Source: Guillardia theta CCMP2712
Taxonomy: Eukaryota > Protista > Cryptophyta
NCBI RefSeq assembly: GCF_000315625.1
Contig: NW_005434667.1
Coordinates: forward strand, 797,061 to 861,060
DNA: 64,000 nucleotides
Reading direction: 5' to 3'
Shown here: positions 48,189 to 59,859 of the stretch, in pieces
Layout: each line of letters opens with the position of its first letter
How positions within the stretch are numbered: the stretch's first letter is position 1
Made by a program: the position numbers and the translations under genes
Notes under the pieces: generated by a model
Databases searched by the model: none
Seen by the model: the letters and a program-made list of their open reading frames with translations, nothing else
Told to the model about the DNA's origin: nothing

Positions 48189-50965
48189 ATGGCTCCGGTG
48201 GACGCGAGTAGTGCAGGGAAAGGCAGGCAGGGGTGCGTCTCCGACAAGATTCGGTACTATAACGAACGATTCAGCGTGTCCGTGCGGCCTGACCTCATCG
48301 CAGCCATCACATCGAGAATGGTTGCAAGTTCTACTCTCTTGAGTTCTTTCCCCCAAACACCTTGGAAGGAGCCCGCAGTCTCATAGCCCGAGTGGACAGG
48401 TTGGCAAAGCTGCAGGTGTTGTGAGGAGGTGGATGGGGGCCGGGATGACGTCTGGTGGCAGCCGAAGCCTCTGTTTGTAGATGTCACCTGGAACATGGAG
48501 TCAGGGAAGCGGGCGATCGAGACCTTGGTGGCTGCGAAAGCAGTTTGCTCGCTGGATGTCCAGATGCACATGTCCTGCACGGGGATAACGAAGAAGATGG
48601 CAGACGACCTGCTGGTGGAGGCGATGGACGCGGATATCAGAAGCATCCTGGTGCTCAGAGGGGATCCAGCACCTGGAAAATCAGACTGGGAGCCTGTGGC
48701 GGACGGTTTCAAGAATGCATCCGAGCTAGTGTCGTACATCCGGCACAAGTACGGTGATTTCTTCTCGCTCTCAGTCGCTGGCCACCCGGGTAAGCACCCG
48801 GCGAGCTCTTCCAAGGAGGAGGATCTCGAGCATCTGAAGCAGAAAGTCGGCTGTGGAGCGGATTTCATCATCACTCAGATGACATTCAAGGTGCCTCCCC
48901 CGCCTCCCGCTGGCTCGTTCTGAGGTTTCGCAGGCGTCGGAGTACCAGGAGTTCGTGGGCTCCTGCCGAAGGGTTGGGATCGACTGCCCCATCATTCCCG
49001 GAGTGTTGATGATTCCTCCCTCCCTTGAGAAGCTCCGAGCCGTCTGCAACCATTGCTCCGTTGAAGTCCCCGAAGACCTTGTCGAGCTGCTCGAGGTGAG
49101 CAAGTCCGATGGTGCAGAGCTTTCCCATTGCAGCTCCTGCTGCTGTCGTTCGCTCGTGTGTCCTGCGTTGACGTGCTTGTCACTTCACGCTCCTGCAGAC
49201 TTGCGGGAGCGACAAGGAGAAAGTGAGAGAGGCAGGGAGGGTCTACATGCAGAGGGTCTGCTCAGAGATGCTCTCCTCCGGTGACGCTGCCAGCTCAGCT
49301 CCCCTTGCCCGCGTGTCCTCACGTGCGATCTCAGGCGCTCCTGGTCTGTACATGTACACCCTGAATCTCGAGAAGTCAGCTCAGGAGATTGTGCGTGCAG
49401 CTGGCAGGCAACGAGACTCGCGGACTGATCCGATGCTCCCAGGTCACAAACCTCAACCTCAAGGTCCTCGACGCCGGCATGTCAGACTCTGCCGTTCGGT
49501 CGATCTTGAAGCTCTTGCTGGTCAATGAGTGACCTCTGTTGGTTCTCAGGCCCCTGCCGTTCCCAAGGCCAAGGGAGAAGGAGACTGTAAGGGCTCCGTG
49601 TCCTTCTGCGGAGGAGCATGACTTGCCTCTCGCAGGTTCGACCCATCTTCTGGGCCTCCAACGCCATCAGCTATCTCACTCGCACTCGCAACTGGTCTGC
49701 TGACTTCCCGAGGTGAAGCGATAGGGTTGAGGAGGAGGAGGAGGAGGAGGAGGAGGAGGAGGAGGAGGAGGAGGAGGATGACTTTGCCACAGCCAGTGGG
49801 GACAGGTGAACAACGAGAAGAGCAAGGCGGGCGATCACTCGTTCGTGTATGACCCCCTCCCCTCTGGCGACGAAGGTTGGAAGCTGCTACCTTCCTCTCC
49901 CTCATCTGATCGCATACCCAGACAACATCTTGTACAGCCACCACTCCATCGTTGGTCGTCGACTGGGCTCCATGGCCGAAAGGAGGAACATGTGCGCTGG
50001 CCTGACTTCCTTGTCCCGCTCTCAGCTGACCCGGAGAAGGTGGGGGGAAAGCCCGTCCACAGAGGAGGATGTGTTCGACGTGTTCGAGAGATTTGTGCGG
50101 GGATTCGTGCCGAGACTGCCATGGTCGCTCCTTTCTCTCCCCTTTGCTGCCAAACCCTGACGGCTGGCCAGGTGTGATCGACTCGAGAAGGAAACGCTGG
50201 CGTCGGGGATTCTGAAACCGCTCGCCACACTCAATCACTACGGTAATACACTGAAGCGTGCATCGACCCTTCTCCTCCTCCTCCTCATCATCATCATCAT
50301 CATCCTCCTCCTCCTCATCATCATCATCTTCATCTTCATCATTGATCTCATTCAATTGAACAGGTTACTTGACCATCAACAGTCAGCCGCGGGTCAATGG
50401 AGCTCCTTCGGAGGACGAACAGTTCGGCTGGGGTCCGAGGGGAGGGCACGTCTATCAGAAGGCTTACCTAGAGTTCTTCTGCTCTCCTGGCAACCTCGGT
50501 ACCTTCCGCTCCTCCGCCTCGCAGAAGCACCTGACCTCTCCTCTCCTTCCCCAGATAGGCTGCTGGAGGCGCTGGGATCTCATCCTAGCATCTCCCTGGA
50601 GGCGTTCAATGTCAATGGGGGGAGGAGGTAAGGAGGAGGAGGAGGGAGTAAGCATGGATGCTTTTGGGAATGATGATGATGATGGTGATGATGATGATGA
50701 TGATGAGGAGGAGGAGGAGGAGGAGGAGGAAAGGCAATGAGCGTTGGAGAGGGAGGGAGGATCGACGGAAGGTCACGCTCATGACGACCAGATGCGTGTG
50801 GACCGACTCGTTGGGGCAGAGAAACAAGACGGATGAAGCGAATGTGGTAAGATGTTCACCTTCCGCTACTTTGCTGTCCCCTTCCCCTCTGCTGATCCGT
50901 CAAAACCTTCTCCTTCGCCTTCCCCCCTCCTCCTTTTCTCCCTCTGAACTCTCTCTCTCTCTCTC

Positions 50966-51031
<66 letters not shown>

Positions 51032-52007
51032 ACTCCCTCCCTCCCTCCCTCTCCCTCTCCCTCCCCCTCCCCCTCCCCCTCCCCCTCCCCCTCCCCCTCC
51101 CTCCCTCCTCCTCTCTCTCTCTCTCTCTCTCTCTTTCCGCAGAATGACGATCGGCATATCTCGGCGGTCACTTGGGGAGTGTTTGATGGTAGCGAGGTCA
51201 CGGTCCCTTCTCCTCTGCCCACCCTACACCTGATCTTCAGCTTCTACAGGTCCTCCAACCCACCATCGTGGACTCCCTCAGCTTTCAGGCAAGTAGCCCC
51301 CACCTACACCCACCTCCCCCAACTGTCGCCATGTGGCCGAAGAGGCCTCTGCTTCTCCGCAGCTGTTTCCTCCCACCCTCTCTCTTCATCTACCCCCTAC
51401 CTACTTCCTCATCTACCCCCTACCCCCTCATCTCCCCCCTATCTTCTCGTCTACTCGCTTCCTCTCTGTACGCTGGTTGACTCGTCACGAGTAGATTTGG
51501 AGCGAGGAAGCGATGGACATGTGGAAGAGTGTGTGGGCCTCCATCTACCCCGAGCGATCAGAATCCCGAAGCCTGATCAAGAAGATCCACGCTAGGTTTC
51601 CCTCCACCTCCTTATTTCTCGCTCCCACATCTTTCCCGTGTATCCCTCTGCTCCCTCCTGCCCCTTCCTCCCTCTTCCTCCCTCTTCCTCCTTCCTCCTC
51701 TTCAACACCTGTGTTCGCGCTGGCTTCCCTCTCCTTGTTGCATTCTCTCAAAGCCTTCATCTACCTCCCGTCAATACTTTCCCCCCTCCTTTATGTCTCC
51801 CGCCTCCTCACCAGCTTGTTCGTAGCTACTGGCATGTCTACATGGTCGACAATGATTTCGTGAAGGGAGATATCTTCAAAGTGTTCTCAGAGGTAAGAAT
51901 CTTGTTCCTCCCCCTCTCTCTTCTCCTGCTCAGTGCCGTTGCAGATCCTCAGTTTGGACCCTTACGCGGGTTCTCCGGTAATCACGAGCATCAAGGTCAG
52001 AGATTGA
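48189..52007 (+). CDS. MTHFR: Methylenetetrahydrofolate reductase with C-terminal regulatory domain (many exons)
   Basis: 'FYSLEFFPP', 'PLFVDVTW', 'MHMSCT', 'ILVLRGDP', '[24 protein letters not shown]', '[13 protein letters not shown]', 'YTLNLE', 'VRPIFW', '[11 protein letters not shown]...[18 protein letters not shown]', 'AVTWGVF', 'QPTIVD', 'VDNDF'. Confidence 0.96.
50950..51135. repeat. (CT)n / (CTCCCC)n pyrimidine tract in an MTHFR intron
   Basis: Seen directly. Confidence 0.9.
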
Positions 52008-52210
52008 GAGAGAAGAGAAGTCAGGAAACGACAGGTTCTCTTCGAAAACTGTTATTCATTCAAGACAAAACATCACCATGTTTCAAAAATACCAAATGGT
52101 ACATCACAAGTCACAGCCAACCGAACCAAAAATGTCCCACTCCAACACCAACAGCTCCTCCTCCTCCTCGTCCTCCTCCTCCTCGTCCTCCTCCTGTGAA
52201 GCTGTTCTCA

Positions 52211-53672
52211 TCATCCTCTCGCCGTGTGCTGCTGCTGGACCTCCACCTTGCTCCTCTTCCCCAAGATCTGCATGAAAGAGGAGGACTGCACCGGAAAGAA
52301 TCTCATCACCTTGCGGCAGTAGTCTGTCGTGGGGGACACGGCAGGCCTTGCGGTGTTCGGCATGTAGAACTTAATCTTAGGGTAGAACTTGTCCGCCTGC
52401 TCCATCTTCCTCTGCGTCCAAGACCTCTCCTCCGTCTTCTCCAGTGGGGGCGGGAGCTGCAGAGGAGGGACGATGGAGAAATGATTGACAGGTCGCCGGG
52501 GAGCTTGATCCGAGTGCACGAGACGCTTCGGGCTTGCGATCAGGAGTTTCTTGTCGTCATCCCATGGGCTGACCTGGCAGATGGACGGCAGCTTCGTCTT
52601 GCGGGGAGGGGCAGTGGTCTCGAGCTCCAGGATTGAAGTCTTGAGGACCCTGTTGCTCTTCTCCTGCTGCGAGCTCTTGTCTAGGCTCCGATCCGAGAGC
52701 TTGAGGGTCGGCATGCTCCCCTTGGGCTTCCAGAGAGGTTCGCTCCTCCTGGGGCCGTGCAAATTCTGAGTCGCCTCTTCCTCGATGACTCCCTGCCTGC
52801 CTGCCTCCGTCTGGTGGTTCTGCAGATGATCAGCCTCATAAAGAGACTTGAAGTCGTTCCTATGACTTCTTGCCCCCTCAGCCACTGGTGCGAGGGCCTC
52901 CCAGTCCAGGCTAGGCTCGACCACAGTCAGACGAGGGCTGCTCTTCATGCCGGGCTGAATCCTCTTAATCCCGCGAAGCGTGTGTATGTGTTTCTGAATG
53001 TCCTCGTAGCCCGGGGCCGGCCGGGAGCCCTCGAGCAGGAGGTCATCGTCGCTGGGAGTGACTCCTCGGATCGAGTTGCAGGGGGAAGGAGAGTGCAGCA
53101 GCAGCATCGCCTCGTCCCCTTCCCTGTAAGGAGCAATCAACTCCCCTGGGGACGTCGCGTCCTCTTGCTCCTCCTCGTGCTCCCGTCCGTGCTTGACGGC
53201 CGTACCACTCTGCGGGGCTGTTAGACAACAAGGCAGGACGGCAGGAGAGCTTCACCTCGTTGTTTATCTGTGAGATCGTCGACGCAGAGGACCCGTTGGA
53301 CGATCTTCGCCATGCCCCAAAGTCAGGGCTGACCGACTCCTCTTGTGCTGGCCGGCGCTTTGCGTTGAGCGACCTTGAGGTTTTCGAGGAAGGGATTGCT
53401 GGAGCATAACGCTTCCCATCATGCGAGGAGACTTCCATCCATCCAATCTCCTGCCGCAGCTTTGACAGTCTAGCTTCCTTTGCCAGGTGCCATGCTTCCC
53501 TCGACATGTCCTTGTCATATGCCGCCACAGTCTCACTCTCGAAGTTGGAGATTCGATTGAGGACCTCAGGTGATCGCATGCTATGCTCAAGCTCCTTGTC
53601 CGCCTGTCGTGTTCTGGGTGATCTGACGATGCCCGGGCTCAAAACGCCATAGCCATGGCCTTCGGTAATCAT
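52211..53672 (-). CDS. Hypothetical S/P/R-rich protein, at least 2 exons
   Basis: Overlapping long ORFs 53043-53672 and 52211-53140 joined by a probable short intron at about 53215-53256; no recognisable domain. Confidence 0.6.
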
Positions 53673-54688
53673 GTTTCACGGAAAAGAATGCTGTGGGATG
53701 AATTCAATCGGCCGATCCCTCCAAATTGCAAGATTCAACAAGCACAGAAACGCTGATGACTCTGATACATGAGATTGCTGACAAATTGCAATCAACCGAG
53801 GAAAGTTTGCTTTCAATGCCTGCAAGTCAAATTTTAGAATGCTGAAAAATGTCAAGATTCCAAAATTGATCTCAAAACAGAAGCCTCGCCCCTCTCATCA
53901 ATACCAGGGGGTATCAACGATGTCGTTACACTAGCAACGTGCCTTCTCAATATCTCTCCTCACTCGGTCCCCCCATCAAGTCGAGTTCATTCAAGTTTGA
54001 GCAAACTACGTCCTCTCACCTGTCCTCCCCCGCCTCCTGCTTCCTCTGTCAGCTTCCTACCTTCTAGTCAGCCCTGCCACATCTTGTGACCAAGTTCTCC
54101 ATCTCCATCCCTCCTCCTTCTCTGCTCTCCCATCGCGCCCTCCCACCAACCCCTGTTCCCTCGCATTCCCCCAGCAGCTCCCTGCCGCCAACATTTTGAC
54201 TGACTGCAATAAGATTTTTTTGGCAGGGACGAGTGTAGGAGCGGGGACGAGGGCCAAAGTCTCGTGGCGCAATGGAAGACGTTCCTCGCATAACGCAGAA
54301 GTTCAAGTTCCCAGGTGGTGGTGGAGGAGGAGGAGGCAAGAGAAGTTCATGACGAGGAGAAGAGGGAGGGAGCAGAGCAGGGGCTGGGGGGGCGCAAGGA
54401 GAGAGGAGGGGAACGAGCACAACAGAAGCATTACCAAATCCGCCTGCCATCTCATTTAAATGCTTACATGTGAAATTTCAGTTGCGACTAAGCTCGCTTT
54501 GATTGGATTCGTCTCCTTGGCTGCATATTTGCCTGAAGAACTCAAGCGGTACATAGAGAAGAACGACACGACGTTTGTCAGTTGTAACGTCTGCGCTTGC
54601 TGCGTCTGAATTGTTTGTAGGGTGTATTTAAGAGGATGATCGACAGGAGGACAGCGTGATCTGTTTGAAAACCTGAGATTTCGCCAAG

Positions 54689-56113
54689 ATGAGATCTCGA
54701 AGTATGCTTCTCTACAAGAGGAGGTTTCTTCACACATTCGAGAGCATGGTGGAAAAGGACATAGTGGAATCTTTCGCTCACATTCAGCAGACAAACAAGA
54801 TTCTGAATGCAGTGGTCCATGTTCCAAAGAAGGAGGAGATCGAGAATCAGATTGAATCAAGGAGGAGTGGCAATGCCAACAAATCATCCCTCTTCCTTCT
54901 GAATGTGCCCTTCCTGGTAAAAGACAGCATTGATGTCAAAGGAATGCCTACTGTCTGCGGATATCAGAGCAGGGTAGGAAGCATGGCCAGTCAAGATGCC
55001 AACGTTGTCGCACGGCTGAAGCAAGCCGGAGCAGTGTGCTTGGGGAAAACCAACGTTCCGACTGGCTGCCTCGACATGCAGACATTCAACGAAGTGTTTG
55101 GAGTCACTTTCAATCCGTACGACACGAATCTCACTCCAGGAGGAAGCTCGGGCGGCTCAGCTGCTGCTGTTGCGGCTGGTCTCGTACCTCTTGCTGTCGG
55201 CTCGGACCTCACAGGATCGCTACGAGTGCCCTCCTCCTTCTGTGGAGTCGCCTCCATCAAGCCGACTGCTCGGCGGTTATCTCCCCATGGGCACGTGCCC
55301 GAGGTCGCTTGCATGCAGAACTTCCTGACAGTCGGAGCCATCGCCAAGGATACAGCGATGCTACAGCGATTCATGCAGGCAGCCTGCTGTGATGCAGGAG
55401 GGCTTTGGGAAGACGCCTTGCCTTCCTCTCCCTTTTGCCCTCTACCTGCTCCTCCTCCATCTGAGATCAGCGTGTTGCTTACGACTTCTCTTCCTTCTGT
55501 TCCCACACAAGAGGCTGTGACGGCAGGTTTGGAAATGCTGGGGAAGAAGCTTGCGTCTCATGGAGTCTCAGTCCACTATGGAGCCCCGGAGTTGGACGAG
55601 AAGCCTCTCTTTCAAGCTCACAGGCTCTTCTCGGAACTCTGCGTCAGCATATCTGAAACAGACCATCCGCTCAAGCGGCCAGACAAGGACAGGTCGCCAT
55701 CGGCCTCTCAGCTGCACAAGGCAGAGCAGCTCAGACATGCTGCGCGAGCGACGTTCAGGGAGACCATGGACGCGCTCAAGAGGAAGGATGGCAGAAAGCA
55801 CGCGGTGTGGATCCTGCCTGTCTCCGGTGTGAACGCTTTCAAGCACAACCCCAACCACGCGCCTTTCCTCATCCATGGCAAGGAAGTTCCCTACTGGAAG
55901 CCCTTGCTCGGTTACGCTTTCCAAGCTGCCATCATGGGCAACCCGGTGGTCACCCTTCCGATCGGCCTGGTGGAGGATGTCCCGATGGGCGTGCAGGTGA
56001 TGGGGAACTTGTGGCAGGACGAGGAGACGCTGAGCGTGAGCTCCACCCTCGAGAGCATCGTAGGGCATCACGCCCAGCCGGCTCTGCATGCTAGCTCCTT
56101 CCGTGCGGACTGA
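54689..56113 (+). CDS. Amidase signature (AS) family enzyme; core is intronless
   Basis: 'VPFLVKDSIDV.G', 'GKTNVP', 'NPYD...PGGSSGGSAAAVAAG', 'GSDLTGSLRVPSSFCG' (Lys-cisSer-Ser triad), 'PMGVQVMG'. Confidence 0.93.
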   Translation: MRSRSMLLYKRRFLHTFESMVEKDIVESFAHIQQTNKILNAVVHVPKKEEIENQIESRRSGNANKSSLFLLNVPFLVKDSIDVKGMPTVCGYQSRVGSMASQDANVVARLKQAGAVCLGKTNVPTGCLDMQTFNEVFGVTFNPYDTNLTPGGSSGGSAAAVAAGLVPLAVGSDLTGSLRVPSSFCGVASIKPTARRLSPHGHVPEVACMQNFLTVGAIAKDTAMLQRFMQAACCDAGGLWEDALPSSPFCPLPAPPPSEISVLLTTSLPSVPTQEAVTAGLEMLGKKLASHGVSVHYGAPELDEKPLFQAHRLFSELCVSISETDHPLKRPDKDRSPSASQLHKAEQLRHAARATFRETMDALKRKDGRKHAVWILPVSGVNAFKHNPNHAPFLIHGKEVPYWKPLLGYAFQAAIMGNPVVTLPIGLVEDVPMGVQVMGNLWQDEETLSVSSTLESIVGHHAQPALHASSFRAD

Positions 56114-56251
56114 CGAGGTCTTCCTTCTGTCCTCGAATCTCTCCTATGAATAAGTTGAGGGGGGCTTGATTTGCATAAAGATATATTTTAGTCAAGTATG
56201 TGATATTTTCAGTTACATTAGTCGTATCCAGAGGGCAGATCATATAAGAGC

Positions 56252-57614
56252 ATGGTGCGCAGCTTCGCATGCGCCGCATCGCCGTCGCCTCATCCCGGCG
56301 CCACGTCCATGCTCTTCCTGCATCCCTGCCCCTCGTCTCTCTCCTCCTCCTCTCTACCTCGATGCTCCTCCTCTCCTCTCCTGTCTTCTAGCCCGGCCTG
56401 TCACTCGCTGCTCCAGTCTCCTTCGTCACCCTGTGCCTTGGGTGGAGTGAGTTTGGCGCCATTGCCACGACGCGCCTGCCTCTCATGCTCTGCTACCGTT
56501 CAACCATCGGCATCGTCACTTTCTTCTTCTCTTCTCGCGAATCCCTTCCTCAAGAAGCAACATGAAGCTGCCGCAAGGCCCGCGTACTTGGCAAGAGAGG
56601 CCGTTGGGAGGCGCTTGGGAGCGGGGAACTCAGCCTCCTCTTGTTACAGTAGGAGGAGAACGATAGTTCGAGGAGGGGAAGCGGAAAGAGACGGAAGTCA
56701 GACTGTCCTGAAGGAAGTCAAGCATGACGAACTGGAACAGGCAAGGAAGCAGACGGAGCAGGAGGACGCGAGGTACCTGGGCATCGAGCGAGAGAGCGTC
56801 TTCGACAACTCCTTCCTGTCTGCCTGGGGCCCCTGGATGCTCCTCAACTTCATCACGATCCTGTGGGGCAGTCAGCATGCGATCATCAAGCTCACGCTGG
56901 AGGGCGACACGGGCTCTCCTGCTCTGCTCAACATGATGCGGTTCGCCCTTGCGACCATGGTCTTCCTCCCCTTCGCCCCGGGGATCTTTGACTTCGGGAG
57001 GGCATCACCTAAGGTTCCTGCTGCAGACGAGGAGGAGGAGGAGGAGAAGCAGGAAGGAGCTCTCGTTGCGGCGTCCGTCGAGTCAGCGGGAACGCTGGAA
57101 GCGTCTGATGTTACAGGAGGGGGAAGCGCGGAGGAGGTGGGAGGGAAGAGATCTCTGTGGAATTCGGGGATCGAGCTCGGACTGTGGACGTTTGCGGGAT
57201 ATGCGACTCAGAGTATTGGACTGCAGTACACGACAGCTTCAAGAAGCGCCTTCCTGGTCGGCGATGCAGACTTCGCCTCCTCACCTTGCTGATGTTGGTT
57301 GCATGCAGTTGTACCTCAATGTCAAACTTGTGCCCATCTTGGGGCTCCTTCTCTATAGCAGAAAAGGTGCTTTCCTCCACTTCTGAACCTCCTTGTTCTC
57401 GTTCCCATCCCTTTCCTCCCTCATCATCTTCACGTGAATCCTCTCCGTCTTTCTGATGGTTCACGGCAGTATCCTCTTCCACTTGGAGCAACGTGGGCCT
57501 GGCTCTGCTAGGAACCTTTCTCGTCGGCTACGACGGAGGAGCTCCGAACATTGGGGATGCATGGTCGATTGCAGCTGCCGCGTCCTCAGCTATGTTTATC
57601 TTAAGGTGAGCGAG

Positions 57615-57649
<35 letters not shown>

Positions 57650-57820
57650 TGGGAGGGGAAGAGGAAAGCGGGGAGGAGACGAGGCTGAGGTGAGTTGGAT
57701 GAACGTGATGCTGGTTTGCATTCAGATTGGAGGGAGCGGCAAGAAGGCACGAGGCTGCAGAACTGAACGCGATCTCAATGGTTGAGAGATGAATCCTTGA
57801 TCAACAGATGATTGCTGTTG

Positions 57821-57874
<54 letters not shown>

Positions 57875-58586
57875 ATGATGATCGTAGTGATGTAACGCGG
57901 GTTGCACCAGATGACAGTCACTGTCCTGTGTCTGATCTGGGTACTGCTGTTCGAGAGGACAGGTGAATCACTCACGGCCGGGCCACGAGAATTTTACTGA
58001 CCTTGCCTCCCTTTCAGAGGACATGCACTTGGGACCCCAGCAGCTGCTCGCTGCTTCCTACCTCGGGCTGGTCACAACAGCCTTGACAAGCTTCCTGCAG
58101 GTGTGGGATCCTGCTGTCCTCCTCCTGACATCCATCCTTCTTTCCTCCTCCTCACATTCAGTACGATCTTGCGCTCACTTGCTGTGATCGCAGACCGTCG
58201 GGCAGAAGAGCATCAGGGCAGAGAGCGCCGCCATCATCTACGCCATGGACCCTGTGAGGCCCTCCTCTGCCCAGCAAGTCTCTGACGTTGTAGCACCTTG
58301 CGCCCATCAGGTCTATGCCGCCTGCTTCAGCTTCTTCCTGCTGGGGGAGTCCATGGGAGCGCAAGGGATCGCAGGAGGCATGCTGCTGTTTGCTGGTGCG
58401 CTACGTAGCCTCCCCTCACCTGTTGCTCCATGCTGTTCTGTTCATGTGGACCTTGCCCTCTCCTTACTGTGCGATCTTGACGGGGTCGAGATGTTATCTC
58501 CCGTGATGCTCTTGTCTTACAGCTGCAGTCCTCAACATCTTCATGGAGGACAAGGACAAGGGAACGAGCAAGCAGTCGACGAGTGA
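56252..58586 (+). CDS. EamA/DMT superfamily transporter with long Ser-rich N-terminal extension (multi-exon)
   Basis: 'ITILWGSQH', 'MMRFALA', 'GIELGLWTFAGYATQSIGLQYTTASRSAFL', 'YLGLVTTALTSFLQTVGQ..I.AE.AAIIYAMDPVYAA.FSF.LLGE'. Confidence 0.88.
57821..57871. repeat. (GAT)n microsatellite in a DMT-gene intron
   Basis: Seen directly. Confidence 0.9.
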
Positions 58587-59398
58587 TGAATAAACATCGT
58601 TTGCTCAAAGTGAAGTTAATAGGTCCCTTGATTGACTGAAAAAGAAGGGCAAACCGGAGCAAACAGAGGGGGAGGATAGAGCCTACAAGTAGGTCATTCT
58701 AACAACGGGTCGGGAGCCAACAGCGCGAGCCAACTGCGGAGTTTACTACCCTATGATACCCACCATGATGGTGTGTTTTTTGTGGCTTTTTTTAGTCCCC
58801 CTAAACTTGTTAGGTTCTACCCCCTCCTCTCCCCTAGGCTACATGATATGTAGGAGGGTGGGTGGCAACACCCAAACTTGTTACGTTCGGCCGTGATCCT
58901 GTGCTACCAACTTCAATGGATCTATCAGGGTCGTGGAGGAGAATGTAGAGGAGTGGATCTAGCAGAGGCGTGGGGGAGAAGCTCGAGGAATGTTGTTAGG
59001 AGAGAAGCGAGATCGAAAGATGATAGAAGAGGTGGGAATCGCAAACAAGTGCGCCCGAAGAATACATTCATGTCATGCTCATGTCCGTTTGAGGTAGAAA
59101 ATGTGATCAGGGTTTCACCATGTGGCAGGCGACTATTTCTTGGACCAAACATTTCGATGCCTAAAAGAGGTGCATTGCAAGAAATGATGTACGGTATGAT
59201 TGCTCATTGGATGCAGACAGATTCGACAACATCGACAGTGAGCTTGGTAGAACTCTCAAGCAAGTAGAGCAGGTAGGGTCTCTTCACGTATGGTGGTGGG
59301 ATCAGTCATCCAAGAGTATCTGGCTTTCTGCTGGCGAACATGGAATCCAGCAAGACGAAGAGTGTCTCGATCTATCTCTGACACAAGCAGCAAAGCTT

Positions 59399-59562
59399 CA
59401 TCAATGTCATGTAAGCGAAGTCGCTTGCCTTGAGAAGAAACAGAAGACGGCCAGCGCTCCAGGTTCTTCCATACACTTGCCATATCCTACGACCATTTGC
59501 TTGCCATTGAAGCCTCACGGGTCAGGAGGAGCAGCCGCAGGCGAGCAGTTACGAGGTGCTAC
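59399..59562. repeat. 164-bp inverted repeat, left copy
   Basis: Reverse complement of 61823-61986; 2 mismatches found by eye. Confidence 0.95.
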
Positions 59563-59859
59563 TGATGTTGGCCGGCATCATGATGTACTGCTGTCGTGTC
59601 CCGCACCCTGAGCAATGGCGGACAATGACGGACAAAGCCAACCACTGGAGGCTGGTCTCCACCAGGATGGCAACCAAGCCTGCGCGAGTCCGGCAGGCGA
59701 TAGTCATGACCAGGAAGTTGATCAGCTCTCTCCATCCAGTTCTACGAACCCCCGGCTGTGGCACAGCCCAACACGTGTGTCTTCGGTGCTGTTTGCTTGA
59801 TGCAAAAGCCTGAGGCAAACGCTGTTCTGAAGGTATGCAAAATATGCAGGTTGTGCTTT

